Numbered from the stretch's first letter, positions 27,105-37,014 are shown. The stretch is 64,000 bases of DNA from Candidatus Lustribacter sp. (GCA_965277805.1 OZ255842.1:576001-640000), one strand, 5' to 3'. Numbers and translations: made by a program. The notes: generated from the sequence alone by a model not told the origin.

Positions 27105-29198
27105 ATGATCCGAAAGCTAACGAAAGCGATCGGAGTTTTGCTTATGCTCGGGTTCATTACCCCGAGCCTTGCAATAGCCGATCCGACTGCTACGGCCGGC
27201 GCGACTGATGTCGCCCAAGCCGGTCCCCTCTCCGACGTCCCGCGAAATAGCTGGGCGTATGACGCCGTCGATCAACTCGCAAAAGACGGCATCATCAAAG
27301 GCTACCCCGACGGCACGTTCAAGGGCAACCGCCCGATGACGCGCTATGAAGCTGCAGTGCTGGCGTATCGCGCGGTCGACATGATCGAAGCGCAGATCAC
27401 CGCCGGTAAAGCCGTCGAAAAAGCCGACATCGATGCGGCCAACAAGCTCATCGCCACGTATGGCGCCGAGCTCAAAGCGGTCGAACGTCATGTCGACGCG
27501 CTGCAGCAAGAAGCAGACGCGACGAAGACCGGCCTCGCAGCCACCGACAAGCGCGTTTCCGGTCAAGCCGGTCAGATTCAAGCGCTGAGCGACTTCGACA
27601 AGAAGGCGTACATCAAGTTCACCAGCATCGATACCGGCTTCGTTTACAGCGGTAACATCAACGGTAACTGCGGTAACGCAGCCGCCTACGGGCCCGCGTC
27701 CGGCAGCGCGTTCTGCGCGGCCAACGGTCCCGGCGCCGCGCTTCCGGCGGGCCAGCGCACGAACGGTTACAACCCGGCCGTCGGTACCGCTCCGGGCGGC
27801 AGCGCGGGCAACCTTCCCATCGGTCAGGTCAACCGCGGCGTGAGCTTCATGTATCAGAAGGTCTCGCTGACCGGTACGCCCAGCCCGAACACCGCGTTCC
27901 TGATCGAATTCGGCGACTCGGTCCGTCCGGTTCAAACGAGCGGCGCGTCGAACAGCGCCAGTTCGAATGCGTATTGCGCGCCGTCGTCGGGGCAAAACTT
28001 CCTCAACGGCAACCTCGCGGAGCCGACGACGCTGTCGAACTGTTCGGGTACCAACGCCAGTGGTGCTGAATACAACAACGGCGAACCCGGTGGTGCATTC
28101 GGTTACAACAACATCTGGATCCAAACGTCGATCCCGAACTCGGGTATCTACCTCCGCGCCGGCCACGTTCAAAACAACGAAGGCCCGACCGGCGGCTCCT
28201 GGCTCGGCGGCGACTACTACTGGGGCGTGATGCTCGGCATCACCAAGGGTAATTTCAACGGGTACATCGGTGCCGGCGTCGGCAACAGTGCCTCGACGAA
28301 CAACGCCTTGGACAACGAGCCCTACACGGCGCAAAACATGACGATCCAAGCCGACTATACGATTCCGCTCGCGCGGCGTGCCTCGGTCAACATCGGTGCC
28401 ATGTACAACAACTACACCGGGTACAGCTCGAGCGAGTGGGATCCGTCGGCCGTCATCTGCACCGGTGCGAACGGCGCAACGCGTTACTTCGCGAACACCG
28501 CTGCCGTGCCGTTCTCGACCTGCGGAACCGCGACGTCGGGCGGCGTCACCGAGGCCCTCGCCCCGCTCACCTATGCCAACGGCACGGCGATCACGGGCGC
28601 GTATCTGAGCGCCGCCAACAACAACAACACGATCTCCGGAACGGGTTGTTCGTGTATCCCGAGCACGACGCCGGGCAACTACGTCTACAGCCTCAGCACC
28701 CCGGGTCTCGTGCTGACGCACCCCATCTCGCAGATCGGTGCACACCTGATCTTCACGTATAACAACGCACGTCTCTACCTCGCCGGTACCTACCGGTTCG
28801 GTAACGACCCCTACACCGGCAAGGCGTGGGTCGGCAATACGACGGGCGACTTCGTGTTCGATCTCGGTCCGTGGCGCGCCGGTCCGGGCAACCACGGGAA
28901 GCTCACGTATGAAGCGCAAGGCTTTGCCGCCGGCTTCAATGCCATGACCCAGAACGTCAACTACTTCGGCGGACCGATTCTCGACAACACCTGGCAAACC
29001 GCTTTCGGCGGCGAGTACTGGGTCGAAACGGGCATCAAGTACTGGGTCAGTGACAACATGTTCCTCGGCGCCGGCATCGGACGTTCCGGCTTGCTGCCGA
29101 ATGTGAGCCTGCCTGCCGGCGGCGTGACCTGCCCCGGCTGCGTCATCACCGGCTTCGGTCAGAACATGGCGTTCCTTCAGGCGAATCTCAACTTCTAG
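27105..29198 (+). CDS. SLH-domain outer-membrane porin-like protein, copy 2
   Basis: Near-identical to 22482-24620; lacks the ~15-aa Ala/Thr-rich N-terminal linker; same 10 Cys and terminal Phe. Confidence 0.85.
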   Translation: MIRKLTKAIGVLLMLGFITPSLAIADPTATAGATDVAQAGPLSDVPRNSWAYDAVDQLAKDGIIKGYPDGTFKGNRPMTRYEAAVLAYRAVDMIEAQITAGKAVEKADIDAANKLIATYGAELKAVERHVDALQQEADATKTGLAATDKRVSGQAGQIQALSDFDKKAYIKFTSIDTGFVYSGNINGNCGNAAAYGPASGSAFCAANGPGAALPAGQRTNGYNPAVGTAPGGSAGNLPIGQVNRGVSFMYQKVSLTGTPSPNTAFLIEFGDSVRPVQTSGASNSASSNAYCAPSSGQNFLNGNLAEPTTLSNCSGTNASGAEYNNGEPGGAFGYNNIWIQTSIPNSGIYLRAGHVQNNEGPTGGSWLGGDYYWGVMLGITKGNFNGYIGAGVGNSASTNNALDNEPYTAQNMTIQADYTIPLARRASVNIGAMYNNYTGYSSSEWDPSAVICTGANGATRYFANTAAVPFSTCGTATSGGVTEALAPLTYANGTAITGAYLSAANNNNTISGTGCSCIPSTTPGNYVYSLSTPGLVLTHPISQIGAHLIFTYNNARLYLAGTYRFGNDPYTGKAWVGNTTGDFVFDLGPWRAGPGNHGKLTYEAQGFAAGFNAMTQNVNYFGGPILDNTWQTAFGGEYWVETGIKYWVSDNMFLGAGIGRSGLLPNVSLPAGGVTCPGCVITGFGQNMAFLQANLNF

Positions 29199-29216
29199 TC
29201 TTAGGACCGGAGTTGC

Positions 29217-29249
29217 AAAAAGGGGCTCCGCTTCGGCGGGCCCCTTTTT
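29217..29249. terminator. Bidirectional intrinsic terminator
   Basis: A5-GGGGCTCCGC-TTCG-GCGGGCCCC-T5 between convergent genes. Confidence 0.9.
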
Positions 29250-29250
29250 G

Positions 29251-30204
29251 TTATTCTTTCTCCGGCTGATGCGGTAGCCGCGACGAATCGAAACTCGCTA
29301 ACCGTTCTCGATCGATCAAGGCTATGCGTCCGCGGACGCGGCGCAAAGCACCGGCTTGTTCGAGCTCGGCAACTGCGCGCGCTACGACCTCTTTGACCGT
29401 GCCGGTTGCCGTCGCAATCTGCGTCAACCGGAGCGAGGGAAGGTTTGCGGGATCGACCATCGAGAGCCCCTTTTCAATCGGAGCATATGGCCGAAGCACA
29501 CCTGCGACGCGCGCGATCAGTTTCTTCGACACATGCGACTGCACCAGCTCGGCAATGGTGCGAACCTGCTGCGCTGCCGCCGCGGCCAGCGCGAGCGCAA
29601 AGCGCGGATCGACCTCAGCCGCCTGTAGAACCTCCGCCCGCGGAAAGAGCAGCAGGTCTGCAGACTCCGCAAGGGTCGCGAAACGAGCGATCGTCGCCCC
29701 ACCGTCAAACAGCACGATGTTTCCGAAGACTTCGGTCTCGAGAGCTTCGAACAGAATCTGGTCGCGGCCGAACGGCGAGCCGACGATCGCAAATACTCGC
29801 CCCCTGCGCACCACGCCGAGGTACGGCCAATCGGACTCCTGTTCCGCGATCGTCGTCTTCCGGCGTACCGTCCGCGGCTCGGCGACCGATGCGAGCGATC
29901 TTCTGGTCGATTCGCTCGAGCCGGCAAAGATCGGGCAGCGGTGCATAAAGTGCGTGATGGAGCGCAAATCGCCGGGAGGAGCGAGCTTACGCAGCGCTAT
30001 TTCCCACCGCTCGCGCGCGAGCCGGCGCTGCGTCCACACGAACCGATGCGAGAACATCTTCTCGAAACGCCGGCGTAGCGGCCGCGGCTCGTAATCGTAG
30101 ATCAGGTGAAGCGTTTCGTCATCGCGCAGATCGGTAAACGCACCGCACACGACTCCGTGGCGCTCCCACACCGGCGTGCTCCGCAGATCCAGGACGCTGT
30201 CCAT
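29251..30204 (-). CDS. Crp/Fnr-family regulator with N-terminal DUF2249-like domain
   Basis: N-terminal LDLRSTPVWERH...DYEPRPL, cNMP-binding barrel (GRVFAI, EVFG), HTH TQIATATGTVKEVVARAVAELEQAG. Confidence 0.8.
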   Translation of the reverse strand: MDSVLDLRSTPVWERHGVVCGAFTDLRDDETLHLIYDYEPRPLRRRFEKMFSHRFVWTQRRLARERWEIALRKLAPPGDLRSITHFMHRCPIFAGSSESTRRSLASVAEPRTVRRKTTIAEQESDWPYLGVVRRGRVFAIVGSPFGRDQILFEALETEVFGNIVLFDGGATIARFATLAESADLLLFPRAEVLQAAEVDPRFALALAAAAAQQVRTIAELVQSHVSKKLIARVAGVLRPYAPIEKGLSMVDPANLPSLRLTQIATATGTVKEVVARAVAELEQAGALRRVRGRIALIDRERLASFDSSRLPHQPEKE

Positions 30205-30266
30205 CCGGAACTTTTCCCGGCCGGACACAGCTAGGGCCTGCCGATGCTCGGCCGCCTTCGCGCGAA

Positions 30267-30284
30267 TGATAACAAAAGTTACCA
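30267..30284. promoter_or_regulatory. FNR-like palindrome, site A
   Basis: TGA-TAAC-AAAA-GTTA-CCA between the divergent regulator and ClC genes. Confidence 0.6.
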
Positions 30285-30325
30285 AGCGGCGGCGAAACGG
30301 CGCGCGTTTGCTGAAGGCTACGACG

Positions 30326-32098
30326 ATGCACTCCGTCGCCGAGGTGACCCCGCTCCGCCGCTTGCTGCCGCTCGTCTTCCTCGATCGCGCGGGCAGTCAG
30401 CGCGTGCTGCTCGGCCGGTTCGAGGTCAGTCAGAACGCCATCGTCATTGCCGCCTCCCTCCTCATCGGCGCCGGCGGTGGATACGGTGCGGTCGGCTTCC
30501 GGCGGCTGATCGACTTCGTCAACTGGATCTCGGTGCAAATGATCGGCGGAGCGCTGAAGGCGCACCTCGGAGCGGCGTTCGTTATCGTTCCGCTGGTCGC
30601 AGGCGGTGCGTTCGTCGCATGGTTCGTGGCGCGGTTTGCGTCAGAAGCAAAAGGGCACGGCGTGCCGGAGGTGATGGCCGCAGTGGCTTTGCGTGGGGGC
30701 ATCATGCGGCCGCGCGTGATCTTCGTGAAGACCTTGGCTTCCGCGATATCGATCGGCGTCGGAGGCAGTTGCGGTCGCGAAGGGCCGATCGTGCAGATCG
30801 GCTCCGCGATCGGCTCCGTCATCGGCCAATGGCTGGGCGTGCCGGCGGCGGTGATGCGCACGCTCGTCGCATGCGGCGCTGCCGCCGGCATCTCCGCGAC
30901 CTTCAACGCCCCGATCGGCGGCGTGTTCTTTGCAAGCGAGATCATTCTCGGTGAGTTTGCCCCACGTTCGTTTGCCGCTATCGTTGTTTCGAGCGTTGCC
31001 GCGGCGGTCATCGGTCGTGCCTACCTCGGCAACCGGCCGTCGTTCGATGCCGGGGCGTTCACGCTCGTTTCGCCGCGAGAGTTATGGCTCTACGCGCTGT
31101 TAGGCATCGTGTGTGCGCTCTGGGCGGCATTTTTCGTACGCGGTCTCTATTGGGTCGAAGACCGTTTCGATGGCTTGTCGATTCCGCCGGCGCTGAAAGC
31201 GGCTGCCGGCTTCGGGCTCGTCGGCGTGATCGGGACGGCGTTTCCGCAAGTCCTGGGCGTGGGCTACGATCGCATGCAAGAGGTCTTCTACGAACACGTG
31301 CCGGCGATCCACGCGATCGCTCTCGCCGTGCTCAAGCCGCTGGCGACGTGGTTGACCATCGGCAGCGGCGGCAGCGGGGGCGTGTTCTCGCCGTCTCTCT
31401 TCACCGGCGCCATGCTCGGCGATGCTTTCGGCCGCATCGTACACGACGCGTTTCCAAGCTGGACCGGACCTGCTGCGGCCTACGGCCTCGTCGCAATGGC
31501 CGCCGTGTTTGCGGCGGCGGCCGAGGCGCCGATTACGTCGATCGTCATCGTCTTCGAGATGTCGGACAACTATACGATCATTCTGCCGTTGATGGTATGC
31601 ACGGTGCTGGCGTCGCTGGTCGGACGCCGTCTTGTCGGCGGCACGGTGTACGAACTGAAGCTGATCCGGCGTGGGATCGATTGGGCACGAGCAAGGCGTC
31701 CCGGCGATCTCCGGCACGTGCGCCTGGCGAGCGTGGTTCGAAGGCCCGATCCCACGGCGAACGTAGCTGAGCGCATCGAGGACGTCGCTCATGCGATTGG
31801 GGCATCGAATGAACTCGTGGTTCCGGTCATCGACGACGGACGACTTGCCGGTATCGTCACGGCGAGCGATCTCGCCGTCGCGGTGGCGACCGGAAGAGGT
31901 TCGCATCTCATCACGAGTATCACGCGGCCGGCTCGCGAAACGCTGCCTATCGACGCGACCCTCGAGCAAGCTGCGGCACTGCTCGCGGAGCCGGATACGC
32001 CGCTGCTTCCGGTGACCGGGCTCGACGGAAAACTGGCCGGCATCATCACCCGCCGAGACGTCTTGGATACGTATCGTAACTCGATCGAACGCAGTTGA
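30326..32098 (+). CDS. ClC chloride channel/antiporter family protein with tandem CBS domains
   Basis: GHGVPE, GREGP, FNAPIGG, GGVFSP, C-terminal CBS pair. Confidence 0.93.
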   Translation: MHSVAEVTPLRRLLPLVFLDRAGSQRVLLGRFEVSQNAIVIAASLLIGAGGGYGAVGFRRLIDFVNWISVQMIGGALKAHLGAAFVIVPLVAGGAFVAWFVARFASEAKGHGVPEVMAAVALRGGIMRPRVIFVKTLASAISIGVGGSCGREGPIVQIGSAIGSVIGQWLGVPAAVMRTLVACGAAAGISATFNAPIGGVFFASEIILGEFAPRSFAAIVVSSVAAAVIGRAYLGNRPSFDAGAFTLVSPRELWLYALLGIVCALWAAFFVRGLYWVEDRFDGLSIPPALKAAAGFGLVGVIGTAFPQVLGVGYDRMQEVFYEHVPAIHAIALAVLKPLATWLTIGSGGSGGVFSPSLFTGAMLGDAFGRIVHDAFPSWTGPAAAYGLVAMAAVFAAAAEAPITSIVIVFEMSDNYTIILPLMVCTVLASLVGRRLVGGTVYELKLIRRGIDWARARRPGDLRHVRLASVVRRPDPTANVAERIEDVAHAIGASNELVVPVIDDGRLAGIVTASDLAVAVATGRGSHLITSITRPARETLPIDATLEQAAALLAEPDTPLLPVTGLDGKLAGIITRRDVLDTYRNSIERS

Positions 32099-32100
32099 CG

Positions 32101-33093
32101 TCAATAGCGTTCGTCGACGATGACGCGTTTGGTGATCCAGATCAAGAGCCCGCCGAGGATCCCGACACCGAGTAAAAAGACGAGTGAGTCGAGTACGACG
32201 ATTCCGGTCGAAAGGCTTCCCCCGCAAAAGGCGATCACGCCGGCGACGGTGGCAAGTTCGAATCGCCTCAACGGGTTTGACGAGAACCCCGCGACATCGT
32301 TCGCCGTTGCCAAAACATCTTCAGGCGCCCAGCCGGACGTAGGGATCAGGTCTGCGATCTTTCCGTCGCTTCCCACGATGACCAGCGTATCACCGTGTAT
32401 GATGCGGCCCGGATCGGTTTCCAACGGATCGAGGGCGAATGAATCAAGCACGTTCTTGACCTGCGCCGGCTCGCCCGTGATGAGCGACCAGCGCGACGGA
32501 TCTGCACCGAACTGGCTCCCATACGCTGCGAGTACGGCCGGAGAGTCCGAAAGCGGGTCGAGCGTCATCTCCACGAGGTGGAAATGGCGCGGATCGAGCC
32601 GGTGCTGCAAGTACGCGAACTTCCCGCTGATCGCCGGGCAGATCGATCGATCCGGGCAGCGGGTGTAGATGAAACTCAACAAGAGCACCTTGCCGCGAAA
32701 GTCACGGAAACGCGTGCTGCGGCCGTCTTGTGCAACGAAGCGGTAATCCGGCAACTCATCGCCGCGCGCCAACACGTGCGTGATGAGACGGTTCGGCAAT
32801 CCGGGCACGAATTCGGCGGCCGCGTGCACGGCGTCCAGCGTGGCCGCACGCGGATCGAGATATGCATCGAAGGCCTCGCCGAGCTGCAAACGAGCGCTGC
32901 TTCGATACCGGCGCGTTTGCGAGGGGTACATCGCCGGGACGCCGTCGATGGCCGCCACGACGGCACCCCCGGCCGGAATCGCGAGGACGCGTCCGTGTAC
33001 GGGGATTGCCCGTTCTTCCGCTGCGCTCGCATTTGAAGCCGCCAGAGCGCTGACGAGCAAGAGGTTGATGGCCAGGGCGAATGCGATTCTCAT
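32101..33093 (-). CDS. SCO-family copper chaperone with N-terminal extra domain and C-terminal TM anchor
   Basis: Signal peptide, FIYTRCPDRSICP (Cx5C), TLDPLSD, IIHG. Confidence 0.8.
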   Translation of the reverse strand: MRIAFALAINLLLVSALAASNASAAEERAIPVHGRVLAIPAGGAVVAAIDGVPAMYPSQTRRYRSSARLQLGEAFDAYLDPRAATLDAVHAAAEFVPGLPNRLITHVLARGDELPDYRFVAQDGRSTRFRDFRGKVLLLSFIYTRCPDRSICPAISGKFAYLQHRLDPRHFHLVEMTLDPLSDSPAVLAAYGSQFGADPSRWSLITGEPAQVKNVLDSFALDPLETDPGRIIHGDTLVIVGSDGKIADLIPTSGWAPEDVLATANDVAGFSSNPLRRFELATVAGVIAFCGGSLSTGIVVLDSLVFLLGVGILGGLLIWITKRVIVDERY

Positions 33094-33710
33094 GACGCAG
33101 CTTGCTTCACTTCCGCCGCAAGTTCAGCCGGCGTGTCGCTCCAGTCGCCGTCACCGCGTATTCGGCCGTCCGGCCCGATGAAGACAACCGTCGAGCTGTG
33201 CGCCACGAGGTAGCCGAGCGCGCTGCCGTGCGCCGGGAGCGCTTGATGATAGACGTGATAGGCGGCATAGACGGGGGCGAGCTCTGCCTCCGTTCCGGTC
33301 AACCCGATGAACGACGGATCGAAGAGCCGAACGTATCTGCCGACAACGGCGTCCGTGTCGCGTTGCGGATCGACGGTGATGAAGACGACGTCGAACCGGG
33401 CTCCATTTGGACCGAGTTTGCGCTTCGCGCGCGCCAAAGCGGCAAGCGTCGCAGGACAGACGTCAGGACAATGCGTGTAGCCGAAGAAGAGCGCGACCGT
33501 CCGGCCTCGGAGGTCGGATAAGTGAAACGGCCGGCCGTATTGATCGATCAGCGTGAAGTTCGGCGCGAGGGTCCGCGGCGGTGCAAGCAGCAGCACGATT
33601 CCGGCGGCGATTGCGACGAGCAGAAGAAAACTCCCCGCGGCAATCGCGCGGCGGCGGCGGAAGAAGGGTTTCGCAGGCGCCGGGCGTTCTTCGTTCATGC
33701 GAACATTCAT
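33090..33710 (-). CDS. SCO1/SenC family protein
   Basis: N-terminal TM, FFGYTHCPDVCP, ITVDPQRD, YLVAHS. Confidence 0.93.
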   Translation of the reverse strand: MNVRMNEERPAPAKPFFRRRRAIAAGSFLLLVAIAAGIVLLLAPPRTLAPNFTLIDQYGRPFHLSDLRGRTVALFFGYTHCPDVCPATLAALARAKRKLGPNGARFDVVFITVDPQRDTDAVVGRYVRLFDPSFIGLTGTEAELAPVYAAYHVYHQALPAHGSALGYLVAHSSTVVFIGPDGRIRGDGDWSDTPAELAAEVKQAAS

Positions 33711-33750
33711 AGCTCACCGGGCCGCCGAGTACAAGCGCATCCGTCCGCGC

Positions 33751-33780
33751 GAAAAACGTTAACAATTGTTTCGTTTTTTC
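33751..33780. promoter_or_regulatory. AT-rich imperfect palindrome containing FNR-like site B
   Basis: GAAAAACG-TT-AACAATTGTT-T-CGTTTTTTC between the divergent SCO and desaturase genes. Confidence 0.6.
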
Positions 33781-33826
33781 ATAAACAATACGTCTCGCTT
33801 AAATATGCAAAACGAGGAGGAGCACG

Positions 33827-34456
33827 GTGCCTGAAGTCGGCACCGATTTGCGCATGGCCCAAGGTGTGAGACTGTTCGAAGACCCGCCGCGCTCGCTCGT
33901 CGGGGCCATCTGTGAGAGCCGTCTCAACTATTGGGCAGCGTACGCGGTGGATCTCAGTTGTCCGGCAATCTTCGCGTATCTTGGAATGCAGCACGCGGAA
34001 CGGTGGCCGGTCATCGTCCTCAGTTCGATGCTCGGCCTGGTGCTCTTCAGCCTGATCGAATACGCGGTCCATCGCTGGCTGCTCCACGATCTGAGAAGCG
34101 CCCTTGCAGATCTGCACGACGCGCATCACGCCAATCCCGAACGGACGTCTGCGTTCCTTTTCCCCACCAGCCTCTCGCTACTGATGCCGGCTTGGTTTCT
34201 GTTGAGGTGGGCGCACGTACCGGAGGCGTCGTATGTTCTGATGGGCCTTTCCGCCGGCTATGTCTCCTTCGACACGCTGCATCACATCGAGCACACGACA
34301 CGCATCAACCGGATTCCGTTCCGGTGGTTGAAACGCACATGGGCTTTCCATCGCGTGCATCACCGTCTCGATCGATGCAACTACGGCGTGATCACCCCGT
34401 TCTGGGATCACGTTTTTGGAACGCACCAGACACGGATCAAGAGGCTCCGACGGTGA
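33827..34456 (+). CDS. Fatty acid hydroxylase / sterol desaturase family protein
   Basis: His boxes EYAVHRWLLH, HDAHH, HHIEH, HRVHH, plus NYGVITPFWDHVFGT; GAGGAG RBS. Confidence 0.9.
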   Translation: MPEVGTDLRMAQGVRLFEDPPRSLVGAICESRLNYWAAYAVDLSCPAIFAYLGMQHAERWPVIVLSSMLGLVLFSLIEYAVHRWLLHDLRSALADLHDAHHANPERTSAFLFPTSLSLLMPAWFLLRWAHVPEASYVLMGLSAGYVSFDTLHHIEHTTRINRIPFRWLKRTWAFHRVHHRLDRCNYGVITPFWDHVFGTHQTRIKRLRR

Positions 34457-36968
34457 GCTCATCCGGAAGCGTTTCGATGGTCGCCGCATCGATCAGGCGC
34501 AGCGTGTAATGGGCGACGCGCGGGACGTAGACGCACGCAAGGCCCTTGTCCGTCGGCGGACAGTCCAGCCCCGGCGCGACGTACGCGCCGGTCGCGTCCT
34601 CCACCGCGTCGATGGCCGCGAGTCCCGTGCCGTACATGCGGCACATCGCGCTCGGCGTTGCGGGGCACGCGATCTGCGTCACCTCGGGTGCGCGAGCGAA
34701 GGTGCCCGGTAACGGTACCCAGTTGCTCCCGAGCCCTGTTGCCGCGTCGACGAGCTGCATCTGCAGCGTTCCGAAGGCTCGGTCGCGCAAGAGGTTGGGG
34801 TGGAGATCGATCGTGAGCGTGCCGGGCGTGCGCGCGTGGACGTCTGCATCCGCGACGGCCACGGCGGTCGGATCAGGGCGTGAGGCTTCGCAGGGTGTCG
34901 ACGGGGTCGCGCCGGCTTGCCGCACGCGCACGTTTACTTGGCGCGGAAGGGTGCCGCTCGCGCTCGCCAACGTAACGACGACGGGGCTCGTCGAGAGGTG
35001 AGGACCGGATGACGGATTGCCGAAGCCGGCCGCGGCAAGCCTCGGCCTCGGCGCGACGACCGTCAACGGAAAGACCTCGCCGCCCGTTCCGGCGTTGCTC
35101 GTAAGCTGGGCGGTTACGCGCTGGCCGATCGCGAGCCCGTCGCCCCCAAACGGAGGTCCATCGAAGCAGGCAGACGTGGCGCTCGAATTAGCTTCTTTCA
35201 CGTACGTCGCGCCGTTGGCGACGATGCCGCGGACGGTTTCCAGCCCTGAGCCGGCCAGACTGATGAATGCATCTCCCAGCGAAACGACGGCCGTTTTTGC
35301 ATCGACTTGCGCCGGCGGCGCCTGGATGCTCAGCGCTACCGATGCCTCAAAGGCTCGCCCGGACCGCGGGCCATCCTCGTAAAGGCGGATCTCCGCAGGG
35401 CCCGGCGAGATGCCCGTGAGAGAAGCGCTCAATTCGACCCGTCCCGCGTCGAGTTGCTTGGCGGTCAGCGCGATCGGCGCAGCGCTGCCGATTTGCATTT
35501 CCGCATGCGAGAGGCATGCTGCAGTTGCCGATGATGCGATGACATCCAGCGATTCGCCCGCTACCGGCGGATGGTGCGGAACGGTGGCGAGACTCCAGGG
35601 CCCATCCCCGGGAAACGCGAGCCGCATCGCCGCATTCTCCGGCGGCGAGACCGGGTCGAAGCCGAATCGGCCGCTCAAGGCGACGCTGTAGCCGCCGTCC
35701 GCGCTTGCTGCGAATCGCGACCGCTCGACGAGCGGCGCCGAGAGCGTGCGCGGATCGAGCGCGAGACGGTATGGGGCGTGACCGTCCGGCGAGACGAGCA
35801 GCGAAGCGCCGTTCACGTAGCGTGACGTGTGATCGAAGTGCAGCGGAATGGTGAAGCGGTCCGAACGTTCGCATACTCCGGTGCCCGGCGCATCGTTGAC
35901 GACCAGCGGCGCGTGTTCGGTCGCTTGGGGATCGCCGATCGTGAAAAAGAGCACGTCGGAGTAGGCTGCCGGCGGCCGGACGGTGGGTACCTTTACGCCC
36001 ATGAGCAGTTCGTCGCCTCGGGCTGCCGTTGGATCGGCGAGCGTGACGGTCGTCGGCAGATATTCGTATTCGAGATGCCCCGTCTTCACGAAGAGGTGCC
36101 AGACGGTCAGCAACGATGCGAGATACGGCGCGTATGTCAACGGCAGCGCAGCTCCGGCGACCCCGCCGAGGAACTGCGCTTGCGTCGGCGCGGCAAAGTT
36201 CGTTTGGTAGATGGTGGCATCCACGGCTTGCTGCACGCAGTTACTGACCTCTGCTGCCGGCTCGCCGGCGACGTAGCAGGCGTCGATCGTCGACGCGCTG
36301 ACTCCGAGGCTTTGCGCGACGCTTTCAACGCGGTACTGCTCCGAAATGGGATCCATGGATCCGCTTCCCAGTGAGGAGAGGAAGTCGCTCAGGAAGCTGT
36401 AGCGGTCGACCGCAGCATTGGTGCCTTGGGACATGTCGACGAAATCGGTCGGATGCGCGCCGACGTAATCGCGCACGCCGTCGACGCCCCGGGTTTTGGC
36501 GTCCTCCGGTATGAGAAAGAAAATCGGTATGCCGCGATAATCGCCGGCACCGTAAACGAAGTGAATACGGCCGGAAGCGGGCGCTGTTTTCGCCTTTCTG
36601 CGCGCGTTCGAAAAAAGCCGATCGGCCGGGCTGCTGCGTTCGAACAGCCAGTGTTGCCGCGCCGTTTCGGTAACGAACGCGACGTTCACGTGGTAGTTGA
36701 CGCTGCTCGGCGGCCGCCGGTAGTCCGGAAAGTCGAGGTCGACGATGTCGCCGGGCTTGAGCGCCGGCACGAGAGCCGCGGGCAACGTAACGGTTGTTTT
36801 GCCGACAATCCTCGTCACTGTGGCATCGATGTGCGATCCGGCCGCCGGACCGGCGCTGGCGGTAACGACGAATGGGACGCTCGGATTTCCCCCGGCGGCG
36901 GACGCCGGAAGCCACGGCATGACGAGCAGTGCGATGAAGACGGCCGACCAGCGGAGGCATGCAGACAT
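34437..36968 (-). CDS. Large secreted hypothetical protein (843 aa)
   Basis: Signal peptide ending ASA-A, long ORF with typical codon usage, Pro/Gly-rich beta-type segments, paired Cys. Confidence 0.8.
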   Translation of the reverse strand: MSACLRWSAVFIALLVMPWLPASAAGGNPSVPFVVTASAGPAAGSHIDATVTRIVGKTTVTLPAALVPALKPGDIVDLDFPDYRRPPSSVNYHVNVAFVTETARQHWLFERSSPADRLFSNARRKAKTAPASGRIHFVYGAGDYRGIPIFFLIPEDAKTRGVDGVRDYVGAHPTDFVDMSQGTNAAVDRYSFLSDFLSSLGSGSMDPISEQYRVESVAQSLGVSASTIDACYVAGEPAAEVSNCVQQAVDATIYQTNFAAPTQAQFLGGVAGAALPLTYAPYLASLLTVWHLFVKTGHLEYEYLPTTVTLADPTAARGDELLMGVKVPTVRPPAAYSDVLFFTIGDPQATEHAPLVVNDAPGTGVCERSDRFTIPLHFDHTSRYVNGASLLVSPDGHAPYRLALDPRTLSAPLVERSRFAASADGGYSVALSGRFGFDPVSPPENAAMRLAFPGDGPWSLATVPHHPPVAGESLDVIASSATAACLSHAEMQIGSAAPIALTAKQLDAGRVELSASLTGISPGPAEIRLYEDGPRSGRAFEASVALSIQAPPAQVDAKTAVVSLGDAFISLAGSGLETVRGIVANGATYVKEANSSATSACFDGPPFGGDGLAIGQRVTAQLTSNAGTGGEVFPLTVVAPRPRLAAAGFGNPSSGPHLSTSPVVVTLASASGTLPRQVNVRVRQAGATPSTPCEASRPDPTAVAVADADVHARTPGTLTIDLHPNLLRDRAFGTLQMQLVDAATGLGSNWVPLPGTFARAPEVTQIACPATPSAMCRMYGTGLAAIDAVEDATGAYVAPGLDCPPTDKGLACVYVPRVAHYTLRLIDAATIETLPDELTVGAS

Positions 36969-37014
36969 GGGAGGGTATTTTGATTCGCCAGCAGCGCGCT
37001 CATTGTGGCCGGAT

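Larger units (their letters stand above)
26945..29249 (+). repeat. Copy 2 of the ~2.3 kb direct duplication
   Basis: Homologous to 22327-24671 from the leader through the terminator. Confidence 0.92.

Noticed and set aside
22327-29249. Composite transposon or prophage reading of the direct repeats
   Set aside because: The repeats are porin genes; no transposase, integrase, terminal inverted repeats or target-site duplication are visible.
22327-29249. Diversity-generating retroelement template/variable repeat pair
   Set aside because: No reverse transcriptase in the window, differences are not adenine-specific, and both copies are full genes.
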